Source of the DNA: Harriotta raleighana
Lineage: Eukaryota
NCBI GenBank assembly: GCA_050575255.1
Contig: JBNZDD010013714.1
Span: 4,681,600 to 4,745,599 of the forward strand
Reading direction: 5' to 3'
DNA length: 64,000 bases
Position 1 is the first letter of the stretch; each line of letters opens with the position of its first letter. A model generated the notes under the pieces. That model did not search any database. It worked only from the letters and a program-made list of their open reading frames with translations, and was not told the DNA's origin. This document shows, in pieces, positions 1 to 12,990 of this stretch. Both the position numbers and the translations under genes were made by a program.

Positions 1-29
1 GAATTATGCATATAAGGAATAATAACAGT

Positions 30-256
30 AATAATACAATCTGTACATTTGATAGAGCTCTTTTTATGCTCAGGAGATTGGCTCAAAGCACTTCACAGGA
101 TTTAATGTAAAGTACAATGACTATTTTGTAGATGAACATGGCAGCTAATTTGGTCCCAGTAATGTCCCACAAACAGCCATGAAATGATTGACTGACTCTA
201 TGTGGGGAATTGTTGGCGAGAACACTGGGAGAAACTCTTCTCTTTTCAAACACTGC
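30..256 (-). mobile_element. Degenerate Deu-domain SINE (3' part, reverse orientation)
   Basis: Reverse-complement tail (aaagcacttcacag) and body (gtcccacaaacagcc...aacactgggagaaactcttctcttttcaaa) shared with the copies at 19857-20160 and 63440-63780. Confidence 0.75.
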
Positions 257-751
257 TTGCTGCAAAGCACAAGAGCAGGTTTCACAATGATGTGCACTAT
301 TATTAGTTTGAAATTCAAGATTTCTAATGTTGATGCAATTTTTCTCTGATTGTCCAATTATCAGGTGGCTTTATTATCCTGGATTGTCTTTCCATTGTCA
401 CTACATCAATCTAGCCATATAGGTATTCAAACAGATGTTTGACAGGTATCCAACAGAAATACTCAGGATAACACAGAACATGTGTTGTAGATGAGCTTTA
501 ACACTGTTCGACTGATATTTGGTATTTTATGCCTAAACTACTCAATAAAATAAGCACAGTATAATTTATGCAGGAAGTTATTTGTATCCCTGTTAAGTAC
601 TTTTATAGTTGAGATCCAGGACAGTAAACTGCTTCACTTCAATCTCAATAAATATTTTACTGTTGCAGGTTGGGGGTTAATGACCCCCAACTGACTTCTC
701 CATAAACTCATCGCTTGTTCCCACTAAAATATAGGACAAAACAAGCTGCAA

Positions 752-871
752 TATAATCCTTTTTTGATATAGTGCCTTATCACGTCATTGTCTAATAGCA
801 CAGAAATATTGACTGTATGTTTTGTTTGTGTGGACGAAACACAGCAGCCAATTCCGCACGGCAGTATCCCA
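752..871 (-). mobile_element. tRNA-derived SINE 3' fragment
   Basis: ataatcctt...gatatagtgccttatcacgt tail plus ttgactgtat...cagcagccaatt body; similarity stops abruptly at 871. Confidence 0.75.
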
Positions 872-1000
872 TCTATACGAATAAAGACAAAATGTCTGTA
901 TATCTGTCAGCCAATAACGCGATAACCGATTGTCATAGAAACCCGATTTATACCTCATTGGAAACATCTTCCACGACGGGGACGGGGACGGGGGGCTAAC
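872..1000 (+). mobile_element. Possible non-autonomous Helitron-like 5' end
   Basis: Starts A|TCTATACGAATAAAG, followed by tgtctgta...ataacgcgataaccg; CpG-rich; truncates a SINE. No 3' hairpin+CTRR end found, so the right boundary is uncertain. Confidence 0.4.
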
Positions 1001-1403
1001 ACATGTACTGCAGTTTTGCTTAAGGTGTACACACAGTGTTTATGGCATGTTAAATAATTTATGAGTGTTATCACTGAAGGCCAGGTAAAGAGAAAATCAG
1101 ATCTAATATCCATTGTGCCTAAGTAATCTGGTGGTAATCATAGCTGGGCTCATTCATAAAGATTGCACACGTTTGCTGTTGCAGAGATCTATTGGTGTCT
1201 TGCGGAAGTATACACCATCAAGAGAAGAGCGAGCATCTGCAGAATGAGGGGTGGAGGATTGATGGGAGTTAAAAGTATCAATAATAAAGAAAATATTTGT
1301 GGCAAATTTTATTGCAATCCACAGCCAATTCCAAAGGATGAATGAGTTCTGCATTGGAAGGATGAGATGGGGGTTCAAAGGGTCTTCTTCACCCATATCT
1401 CTC

Positions 1404-1439
1404 TTGTGATTTGAGTGATCTTTGTGATTTGAGTGATCT
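1404..1439. repeat. 18-bp tandem duplication
   Basis: ttgtgatttgagtgatct occurs twice in a row. Confidence 0.9.
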
Positions 1440-3089
1440 TTTAGACTATTCTAGGGCTCTGAGTTACAATCCACATGAAATTCAATGTCTCTTTATTTGT
1501 TACTAAACATTATAGCCCTTGGACTTCTACAATGACTATGTCCTAGATTTGGGCCTGAGTTACCGAGTTTTTGGTGCTGGACACAGTTGGTGAAGATGAA
1601 CGCAGCTTAACTGAACACTTGAAAGTGTGTTATCAATCAGCAGAGCCAGGCACCATGCTGGAAACAATCTGGACAATGCAGATAATTAACTTGTTCCAGC
1701 ATGCTTCGTTCCATACACAATTAAGCATGACAATTCAAATCAAATGACTGCTATGCTTCAGAAGGTACACTGGTATTGCAGTCACTCAGAGCCGCCACAC
1801 CTCACATCTCAAATCCCAGCCACTAATGTGGGAAAATCGTCTGGACTGTCTCTCCTGGCTCCAAGGGAAGATGAGTGAAATTTACCTATTCAACTAAAAC
1901 CCATGGTCAGGTGTAAAACTATATGCGCAAACAAAATAATATAATTTCTTACTGTGACAAATTTGTCAAATAGTACAAATTACAAATAGTAATTTCATTG
2001 GCTCTGTGACAGGAAGTGACAGAAGCAGCCCGTCCTCAACACAAAAGCACAGCATGTAGGTAATGATGTCAGTAGTGACCCCTAAGAGACAGCCATTTTG
2101 TAGTGATTTGCTCGAAGCCCAGGGTAAATAGTAAATTCTAAGCAAATCCATACTCAACCAGGGTATGTTCTTGCCATGTAGGTAGTGTCAATTAGTGTGG
2201 TAACAGCCACTTTGAGATTAATAATTGTAGTCTGAGCACAGCAATCTTACCGAGATGTTTAGTACTCCATTACCAGAAAATAACTGTCACTAGCGTACAA
2301 CAACTTGCATTTATATAGCACCTTTCATATGGGGTAGCATATATGAGCACTTAAAATGTATCAGAATACATCAACTCAGATGGGAGTGAAGTCTTCCTTT
2401 TTAAAATTATTTTAACAAAATTTGAAAGCAGCAAAAGGAAGAGTTTATTTTAAAAGCCTCATCTCGTGCATAAAATTATTCATTTGTGAGAGATTCCGTG
2501 ACAATATTGCAGAGCTGCATCAGCTGCGTCTCGTTGCCTTGATTAGTCAGGAAGAGATCTGATTCAGCATTTTTGTATTCTCGTAATTAATTTGCAAGAG
2601 TATTTCATGATTTGTAAGACTGGTCGTCTGATTTTTCTCTGAAGCCTCCGAATTGCTACAAGGTCGATCTGCAAGCGCTCTGATGACTGCCATGTGGTGA
2701 CTTGACTTGGAATGTCCATATCGTATGTAGGTTGATTTGTTTTTCCTTTTGATATTAATACTTGGTATATTATTTTCTGCTCTCTGAGACCCGGGTATAT
2801 CAGGAATGAGAGGAGCACCTTTATGCTGTCCTGAATTGCACGAAGATGAGAAAAAGCATGAGGCTGTAATAATTCCTTTGTCCATAAACTATGTATGTAC
2901 TTGACCCCAGTGATTAGTTGACAGTTTTCATAATTACTTTGGAAACCAGATTATCTTCAAGATCTTTTTCAAAAGCACTGGTATTTATTGGGGATGGTAG
3001 GAGTTTGATCAGGTTGCCTTTGTTTTGTTGGGGGAGGGAACCCAGCTGGAGTTTCTTGTTCTTAGTTCAGAACAATATACTGTATGTTA

Positions 3090-3176
3090 CTTGTGCCCTA
3101 ACCTGTACCCTAACTTGGGATGTCCTCCTGACGTGAAAGGCACTGTATAAAGGTAATGTGGTTGTTGTTGTTGTTA
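3090..3176 (+). mobile_element. L2 LINE 3' tail remnant
   Basis: ttgggatgtcctcctgacgtgaaaggcactgtataa followed by (gtt)n, matching the tail of the L2 copy at 53146-53808. Confidence 0.75.
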
Positions 3177-5410
3177 TTGCTGATTTACACTGAAGTTCAT
3201 GTAAACCTCTGGTTCCATGTTAAAATTATTTGCCAGGCAAACAGCAAAATGTCTTTAATTGATTACGGATTAGCTTGTCTTTCTAATTGCTTTATTTAAG
3301 GTGATCATCAGCTATGTTGGGCTCTGATAAGACAGTCTTTCAGGTTCATAAAATGAGACCCTGTGTCTACAGCGATCAGTGGAGGGAAAAAAATTACTGA
3401 CCAGCTTCCTGTGTGGGCATCTCCATCCCACTTCTGAGTCACGAGGCTACCACTGAAGTCACGTCTGTCTTCGTGCATGGATTGGACAACTTTCTGCACA
3501 TTTTAGACACACTTGTGAAAACATGCACAGAGATGCATTTACAGGAAGTTGGTTAGTTTGCACCAGCAGGCAGAAGTGCACAACACTTCCTGGAACTGTG
3601 GGTTCATAGGACATCTGCATTATAAGCAAACTTATTGTGGAGAATCCAATGTGGACTTTTAGTGTAAAGGGTCTGGATAATTGATCAGTGATTAATTTGA
3701 TTACTCATGCAATACAATGCTCTTAAAATAGCGCAAGTCTCAATGATAAGCTTGTTTATAGGATCTTTGTCTGTCTTGTGGAGACGTGCATGTTACTTGT
3801 CTCATTGTGCATTGTATTCATTGCAGGTGCAATTTACCATATGTCTAATAGCTTGATGCCAACTCAGTAAGATCAGCATAATACTGTTAACTCACTTGAA
3901 CTATCGCAATGATGTGATGTAACATTTCTATGCTATCAATTATTTCATTGAACTGAATGTATAACATTCATCATAAACATTCAATGTGTTGTCTTGAATA
4001 TTACAATGACTCCATTTCTCAGACCATGTTGTAACTCATTGGAATCTAAATTAACTGGCCCCCGCCAGAATTCTCATTGCATTAGCTTCGATGAACTTAA
4101 CATACCACAATAAAGTGCATTTGAATTACATGGTTACCTACTATCAGCTAACAAGCTCACATCCATAGCCTTCTGCACTAATTCTACAACCCAGGTTACA
4201 ATAAATTAAATCCATGCAGTCCCTATAATCTGATTTCAGGTCAACTGATATAACAGGGCTCTGCAGGTACAATTCTTCCACTCCATAGCCATGATACCCA
4301 CCCACTGGTTTGGTGAAGAAGCTACACCTTCAGATGATTAAATGCCAAGTCCTGAATATGTTAATAATTTAGTCTTCTCATTGAAGCGTGCTGTTAAATA
4401 ATTATTGACCATTCTTGGCAATCTTTATTGCGGTTGCACCTGTCAATCCAGCAGTCTTCCTGTGCTTCTCCTTCTGTTCATAGATCTCCCATTGCTTTAT
4501 GTAAAAATTCTCTCAGTGATATGGTCGAAATGACTGCTACCTTCATAAAATCTTGCCGTGAATTATACCATATTTGAGTTTAATCTCTTACACCTAAAAT
4601 GTTACCAAGCTGATCGATTATAGTCTACTGCTCTTCAAGACTTTTTCAAAGATCCAATTCAAACAACATAAATATGTCCTATAATGTAGAATTTATGTTT
4701 AAATACTCAGTCGTTCACTCTCAGCATGCTAGAATGTTAACTGATAATCTACTTTTAAGAATTGAAATGCATAATGTTAACTGCGACCGGGATCAGGGAG
4801 AAGGAGTCCTTATCTGTATCCTCTGCTCATCACTCTACTAGCATAGCTCAGCATATCTCACAATGTGACACCAAAATCAATTGAAGGCATTTGAAAGAAT
4901 TAACAGTTTGACTACTTCACACACGACTACAGTACCATTGCATTGCCATTTTGTGTGTTGGAGATCTCTGTCTTGCAGAAAATAAATGGAACTCTGTCTC
5001 CTCTGAATACTCTTAAACAGGATGGCTTTCCGTGTGTGACACCTGGCTGACCAAAGCAAGTACTGTTGGATATTAACAATATAGATTAAAGTATAACTAG
5101 CTGGTTGTGAGCTACCCAATTGAAATTCTCTGTGTAGAAGTATTGGGTAAAAGTCACTGGTGAATTAAATCGTATCGGTCAAATGCTCATTCTACTCCAT
5201 GCTGACTTCAATGATCTCAGTTAGGATTACAGTTAGGGTTGAGAGATTTTTTTTTAACTTAAGGCACTGTATAAATGTAAGTTATTGCTGTTCCTGGGTC
5301 AGATCATATCTGAGACTTTTTTTGTCTGTTGCTCAGTACCTTTCTAGTTAAACTCACCGAAACATCCGACACCTCTTTGCCAGGTTTACCAGATGAAGAC
5401 TATCCAGATA

Positions 5411-6179
5411 CAGTAAAAGCCCATTTATCCGGCAGCCACGGGACTTGGCCAGTTAAATGGTTTTCAAGTTGAATTTTTTTAAAATTCAAAATAATAATTT
5501 TAAAACATACCATATTAATAATAGACTAAATAATAACAGATAATAACAATATTACATGGGGATTGTATTGTAAATGTTGCACACTGTACCATGTACAATA
5601 GAGTACANAATGTTGCACACTGTAACATGTACAATAGAGTACACTGTACCAAATAATAGAGTAAATACAGTAATANGATTGTATTGTAAATGTTGCACAC
5701 TGTACCATGTACAATAGAGTACACTGTACCAAATAATAGAGTAAATACAGTAATAATAGATACTGTAATAAAAGAATGTTGTATGGCTACTTTATTGTAA
5801 ATGTTGAACAATACTATATAAATAATAGACTAAATACACTAATAACAGATACTATAATAGCAGAATATTGTATTAGTACTTTATTATTTATACTTAACTT
5901 CTGTAATGGTGGCCATGGGAGGAAAACAAAACGGCAGCACGACTTTTAAAAAAAAAAACAGTAGCGCGACTTGTAAAAAAAAAAGTCAGGAGCGAGTTTA
6001 CGCTCGACTAGTGGTCAGCCAAAATATCTACACCAGTACTTGGGTGCGACAATCGATTCATTAAATGCGTCATCACTATTCTGCCGGATAACTTCCTGTT
6101 TATCGAATCAAGACTTTTTTGAGGTTCCGGTTGAACGGGCTTTCAGTTCATCATGTCAAGGATAAACGGGCTTTTACTG
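5411..6179. mobile_element. Tc1/mariner (Tigger/pogo-type) non-autonomous MITE
   Basis: 20-bp terminal inverted repeats cagtaaaagcccatttatcc (5411-5430) and ggataaacgggcttttactg (6160-6179), 19/20 match, flanked by TA at 5409-5410 and 6180-6181; no transposase ORF inside. Confidence 0.9.
5520..5880. repeat. AT-rich tandem repeat inside the MITE (partly an assembly artefact)
   Basis: Repeated aatgttgcacactgtaccatgtacaatagagtacac / aaataatagagtaaatacagtaata units, with single N at 5608 and 5676 at unit junctions. Confidence 0.75.
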
Positions 6180-8894
6180 TACAACAAATATTTGCATCAT
6201 AGCACTCAGCAGTGGCACTGCCGTACAGTACAGGGAGCGCAAAAAAAATTGCATGGCCATTGCCAAATATTTAATGCTCATTTTTATTTAGACCTTTTTT
6301 GCTAGGCAATAGACTGACAAAATAGATTGTAGACAAATACAACAGTGAGAATCCATTCAGTTTAAAAGTGTCTATGATCCGCTGATTGGAGAATACCACT
6401 GCTGGAGCACATATTTTATATTTCAGTGGTTTAGATGACTCTTCTATTAGTGTCCTAAAAGTCCCCTTAGAGTGGTTAGTGCTGGATCCAGTCTACAGAC
6501 TGTCAGCATTTTAGTTGAACACAGGGATTTGGAGGAGTCAAACTTGGCGGCACAGTAAAGTTCCTGCAATATTCACAATCTGTCCTAAATGTAACTTATA
6601 TTTAGCAGGTAATTTGCCTATTAAATGATAAAGATATCTGGCATTAGAAGAAGGTACGACTACACCTTCTTTACTTCTGATATTCCAATATTGAGCTCCT
6701 GAAATTGAACAAGGGATTCAATTTGCCAACAAAATGCAGTCACATCACTTTATAGTATATCCTGTGGATGGCTTTAAGATGTCACCCTTGCATGAATAGC
6801 GCAACATCAAATATAGGTATTATTTTTAATATTATCCAGGCTTCTTCTTTTGGTTAACAAATTGCTATTTGTTCGTTTCGTACACGCCATAATGGAAAAG
6901 CTTTTCAAGTTGATGATGAGCTTAGCCATCCTTTTTCAATTTTACCTTTAACATCTAAAACACCAGCCGAGGCTTTTAAGAAGGAAACAGCTGCTGTGTC
7001 AATGCAGGCTCGCCACCTGCTCCAAGGTTGACCCGGGGGGGCAAGAGCTCTGCCAGTTCAGCCCATTGGAACGAGCTCTCTGAGGCAAGTATAAAATTGA
7101 TCTTTATTCAACGGTCACCCCTCTGTAGTGTGCAGCTCGAAAGATTTAAGTGCAGTGCAGCAGAGGGCACTCTTTTCAGATTGAGGGTTGGTGCTGCATT
7201 GTTAAGGAAATCCCCACAATATGTAGCATTTGCTCCAACGTGCCACTATTATTGACCCAGCAGTACTTATAATGTCAAGAGACACAAAGTAGGAAAATGC
7301 ACATATGTGCCACAGAGCTCTCGTCAGAGCCAAGGTTGCGTTGTAAACATATTTTCAAAAGTGATTTGAAGGCTGCCTCATACCAACCATGAGCTGTTGG
7401 CAACCTCTTTGAATTGTTTAAATAACGCTATGACTACCCTGATGCCTGTTGCCACCTTAACTGTGAAATGCTCTCAAAGACAAATTGTGGAGGAGTATGA
7501 TTAATTATTGACAGTGTTGTATTTGGTGTCCCACAAGAACAGCCCGTGGCATTATATCATCTACTCTCAGATAAAATATGACTTTGGCATATGATGATAA
7601 GATAGTTCTGCTATGGACTGACCCAATAATCATCTCCTGGAGGGAAGGTCCCACTTGATTTATAAAGGATGAACCCACGGTTTGAAAGTGTTGAAACAGT
7701 TTGGAGACATTTAACCAATATCATTGAACGAGGAGCAGTGCAGCAGAACAGTTTGTCACAACCCTCCTCCTCTTAATAGCAGAAACATTGAGAGTTGATT
7801 CCTAAGGCACATGACACATAAATCATTGACATACAAATGTTGAGCTATATATCAATTGCTATGAGCTAGATCACTGTGTTCCCCACAGGTGGGCTGTAAA
7901 GGGGAATCATCAGGGTGCCACAATACGATTAACTAAACGGTTTCTGATTTAACTTAAGATGTTATTTTAAAACGGTATTTTAGAGTCTTTTGTTGTCTCA
8001 TTGATTCTGCTATTTTCCAGTCTTCCAGGTCAGCTGAGATGACTAAAGATATTCTAAGGTAATTATGGTTTTAACCTTGGAAGTGCAAGGAAAGCTCCAA
8101 GGATTTCAATCAGATTTTTTTTTGGAGAGCTGCTTTCAAGAATTTTCAGGTAAGGGAACAAGTAAAACAAGACATTGGGTACAAAATTCTGTTTAATTCA
8201 CTAAAACAAACAGAAAATGAATCCTATTGCAGCCTAGCCTGCTTCAGAAAATTACCCACTGAATTTCCTTTTCTACATTCTTTAAAATGAAACACTATGC
8301 TGACATATTAGACAGATCGTGTAAGGGTGCTGCTGAACCATTTTTTAAAAATCATTCTATTGTCAAGTCATGAAACAAATCTTGTTCGATTCCTTCTTTG
8401 AAGCAGAAACATTGCTGCCGTTCTGCAAGTGTTAAAAGTGACTGCGGAGCAGATACTGTTAAATGAAGGGTAAATCATTGAAATAGTTGTTCTTGTTAAG
8501 GCCTCTCATTCCCTTGATAACTTGCTCAACACTGGTGCATGACACTAGGATCTAGTTGTTCTAACTTTTATTGGTCCTGTTTGCCTCGGTTACCAATGGG
8601 GATTGATTGAGTTTGGGGTAAAGGTGGGTTCTGCCACCTGAGCACAGCCCCGCTAGTGCAGGCGTTCCCAAGGAATCCAAACTCCAGCTTTCTTTCCCAA
8701 CCAAAAACATTTGTGAATCAAAGGGAACAAAATCATAGAACATACAGTTTAAAAACAATGCAGCCGATTAGTACAACAAACAACATCAAAATTACATTTA
8801 TAGAGCACCTTTCACGTTGAGAGGATGTCCCAAGACGCTAGCAACATTATTTGGCTTGCAAACCTATTTGGGCAGTATGTATGCTTCATGTATG

Positions 8895-9060
8895 CATAGT
8901 GGTTGGCGTGCTCGCTTTGCAAACGAGAGGACCTGGTTTCGTTTCCCAGGTGGGTGAAATCTTAGGCAAGTTTCCTTACTCCATATACCACTGTTTACCG
9001 AATAGTAAGTAGGAAACCGATTGTTATTCAAGTGTCACAAGTGGTCACGTCAGATAGAAA
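8895..9060 (+). mobile_element. tRNA-derived SINE 5' part
   Basis: tagtggttggcgtgctcgc...acctggtttcgtttcccagg...ggcaagtttccttactcca matches the head at 27899; the downstream body (ccactgtttacc...agtaagtagg) differs. Confidence 0.65.
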
Positions 9061-9995
9061 CCTTGTGCTAATTCTGCTGTATCAAAACATGTAGCTAACA
9101 GAATGTTCTACCAAAGATTAAAAATGCTTCTTTCTTTATATACACTCACGTGAAATAGTTTTGAGCTTGTAATTTTTTTAAAGAATGCACAGGACCAGAG
9201 CCTGTGTCTCAGAAACCTTGTTGAGTTCAGCCGAGTATTTCTGACCTTGGTGATTTCCAGTCCCAGCTGCCAAAACTCTCAGGTCGGATGCAACTGAGCT
9301 AAATGGATGTAAAAGAAAGTCAATGAATTTATCCCAAGTCGTGTTTACAATAATAATGGTGGCAAGGCCTGAATGGTATTGCTGTTTTCATTTGTGAAGT
9401 AGAGTGGTTTCTGGCTGCTTTCTTAGAACAATGCTGACATCCTTGTGGCTATTTATTAATAGAATAAATTAAACTCGGCTCAACTTCGATTGATGTTTCA
9501 CTGATAAACTACAAGCAGAGACTTGAAGAAAGTACAGTACAGCATGTACTATCTGACACATTATTAAGGGTGTTTAGTCTCTCTGAATACTTGATCTGTG
9601 GTACAGTGTATGCACTTTTTTTAAAAAGAGGTCTTCATTGGCATACTGAAACCCTTACAACTCCGCTCACCCTAATTGCAATGGGAAAATGAGCCAGGGG
9701 CTTACTATTTGTTGTGCAGCTCTCAGTTAGTCAGTATAGAGAATTTCACATGGTTATAAATGAGCTGCGAGGATCGTTTTCTCTTTAAACAATACTAGCC
9801 GTTGCCAGTGTTGCGATTGAGGGTGTGTTATAGAGTAGAGCTTTTAAACATTATAGCTGTGAGCATTTGGCAGTAAACTGTTGAAAGCTAAACTCTGAGC
9901 TCATGCCACGAAAACTGGTCCCTGGCAGCAAAGCAATTCCAAATATCATCGGTCTGCTTTTCCTTGGCCAATGGAGCTCTTAAGCTGCAGTAGAC

Positions 9996-10022
9996 TGGGT
10001 GGGTGGGTGGGGGGGGGGGGGC
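9996..10022 (+). repeat. (GGGT)3 plus poly-G tract, G-quadruplex-capable
   Basis: gggtgggtgggtgggggggggggggc read directly from the sequence. Confidence 0.8.
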
Positions 10023-11039
10023 GTTGTGAGTGGCAGCTTGATATTTATCAGTTGACTACTGCCATGGTTAGGAAGTACTTTAGGTAGTGGGTGTCATTCA
10101 AAAGGAGCATAAACCAACAAGTTTCCAACCAGCTCATCTGACCTCCTCAAGTCTTAATCTTTAATCAAACTAGTTACTTTACTTTCTTTTTTTTAAAAAA
10201 AAACAACGAAAGCTTAACATTTGAATTCTATGAATGCAGAACTCAATTCCATGCATTTTCTTCCCTAATACAATGAAGAGGAAAAATTGCCTACAATCAC
10301 TTTGCATTGATCTCTTCACAATTGCATCTTTTGTTTAATGCATGCAAAGAACGTAAATGTTTAAGAAGATTGAGCCAAAGCTAAACTCAGCAGCAAGGGT
10401 TCATGTTTCACTCAATCCAGTCAATCCCCTAAAATTTGGATGACATCTTACTTTTGGTAGGTTCAATGCTCATCACTGCCAGTTTAACAACACTTATTTA
10501 ATGGGCCTTGTTCTTGAGTGTACGCTTCTCCTGTCTCTAACTATTTAGATTACAGCATCCACAGCACTCTATTGTTCATTATCTCATACATCGTACAGTA
10601 TTTTACATCTACGTACTTTAGATAATGCATTTCATCAAGGGCACTTTTTTCTTAACCAGTGCATTGCAGTAAGCTAACACCCACGAGACACCAAAATAAG
10701 AATGTGATGAATACATCTATTGAAAACGGCAGGAGGAAGGTTGTGAATAAAAGATTTTGTTGATGCATTAAGTATTGAAAAATGAAAAATCCCTTTTTCA
10801 ACAAAATATACTGCTTTAAAGGGATCTCTTTATTTAGTAGCTGCGAGCAATTTTAAAGCCTCCGTGTTGTTCAGCCAGCAATTATTTCAGGAGTCAGAGG
10901 AACAGCTTATCTGCTTTCAGTGGCAACTGCATTTTTTGTGAGAAACAAGCTGCCTTGGGCTATCTTCCTGGCCTCGCTTTGCATGCCTGCCTGTTTCACG
11001 TATGGTATTCCTGCTCGCAAGAAAGTAAACATTTGAACA

Positions 11040-11195
11040 GGATTAATATAAAAGGGTAAACAGGGAAAGAGCAGATGCTTGGGATTACAGTAGTTAGTGT
11101 CAGTGGATGAGCTAGTTCCAGTGGATGAGTGATCACCATTTTAGGCTTGATGGGGCAAATGGCCACCTCCTATGCTGTAAGCTATATCATTCTCT
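11040..11195 (+). mobile_element. CR1 LINE 3' end remnant
   Basis: aggcttgatggggcaaatggccacctcctatgctgtaa resembles the CR1 3' UTR at 55545-55600. Confidence 0.65.
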
Positions 11196-12814
11196 ACACT
11201 GTGGTTGCAGATGTACTCATACCAAGATCAATGTCTTCATTAAAACTTGCCAGAAAATCTTGGCCATTATGTATTACTGTACTATGTCTATAGTATTTAC
11301 ACAAAATTCTTGTTAATAATCAAAGTGTAAATGTTTCCCGCTGTGTTGTGAATTTTGATGTGAAAAGCGCTATACAAATGTGGTTTGTTGTTGTTGATTG
11401 CAAATATTTTAAAAGCAACTTTAAAGAGCCTAATCAATAGTAGTGATATCGAAGTAAATTCTTAAGTGCCAAAGATTTTTTTCCACAAATTGTAAAAATG
11501 CAAATCCACAGACAAGATTTTAGTTTTCTTTCATTGCCAGCAAAATTCAATTGAAATTTCTTTAATGCCAAGCATACAGACTGAATAAAATAGTCTATAA
11601 ACATGCATCATCATAACCCTAACTATGCCACACACTCTATTTCCATCTATTACTTTGTAACTTACACTGATATAGTGTCATTGTCCTGTGAAGTGCAGTT
11701 ACTGTGTGTATATATATATATAGGGAAAAATATTAATATAAACATATAACAAATATGATATAACTGATTACACAAAGTACAGGGGAAAGCTCCTGAGTAA
11801 TTGCAATGAATACTTATCACACGTTCAATTCAGATCTCTGAATACCCACATTGTGATGGTGCTGATGTATCCAATTATGTGCATTTGTCAATTTACATTA
11901 AAAGTAGTTTTGTGTTGTATGTATTCAATCAAATATTAGCAAACTCCCCAAAAATATGAATTTGTATGTGTGTGAATTCAATGCATGTATAAGAGGAGTG
12001 TATGCATGAACAAAGACTTGTATAAATTAAATCTAAAAGGGCATATGAATGTCACTTTCATACCTATATTTAGAGTAAGCCACATTTTGTATTTTTTAAG
12101 AAGAACATACTCCTTCCAAAAAGAAGCTTGTGCATCATACTTTGATATAAATAGATTTGTACAAACCAAAATGTATGGGTGGTTTCTCCTCTTCGGGGAT
12201 GACAAACCTCAGGGGAAGAGCTCATCCTATCAACCAAAAGAAAAACAAGGATTTAATTATGTTTGAGTAGATGCCTGAGGTAAAAGAAGTACATGGTTAG
12301 ATGGGAGCATTTAACCAATAAACTCTAAACACATGAAAAAATAGCCAGTTTACAACCACATGAAATGATAAAATAACTAAACTTAAGGTTAATTAGTTAC
12401 CCTCCTATGTTTTTACAACTGTCGTGATCATAATTCTTAAAAACTAAATTGTCATTTCCTCATTTTAGATTTTATTATGTTACTCAAATAACATAACTTA
12501 CATAAGCAGCATTAAATGACTTAAATGTTACTGTTTAACTCAGACTTAGACACAAGATCACTGCCATAATGATATAAAGACATGATGGGCACGGCAAAAT
12601 AAAGAACAAGTTTCTATTACCCAGCCCTTGAATGAAGGCTTAAAATAACAATCCAAAACACAACATGATACAAAAAAAGATGAACTATAAAATGTTTATT
12701 TACTGACGCCTTTTTGATTTGAAATTCCCATTCCTATTGATGTGTTTTTGCAATGATGTAAATTATAATTCTTGAAAGTGAAGTTTTAGATCTTAATTAA
12801 ATTATATTCTTTAA

Positions 12815-12990
12815 TATAATCCTTGCACTTGATATAGCCCCTTAACATGTCCAAGAGACATATCAAAGCTAATATACAGAATATACTGAAAAGTGAGTTG
12901 ACTACATTTTATGAGCAAAGTACAGCAACCAATGGCGCACAGCAGTGTCCCACAAAGTAATGGATTGATTGACCAAATTATTATTATTTA
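12815..12990 (-). mobile_element. tRNA-derived SINE 3' half
   Basis: ataatccttgcacttgatatagc...gagttgact...gcacagcagtgtcccacaaa, same family as 37362-37678. Confidence 0.8.

Noticed and set aside
2547-2885. 112-aa ORF
   Set aside because: No recognisable homology; the region looks more like regulatory DNA.
5520-5880. Repeat array superficially like a CRISPR or a repetitive ORF
   Set aside because: No unique spacers, eukaryotic context, located inside a MITE, and N bases at unit junctions.
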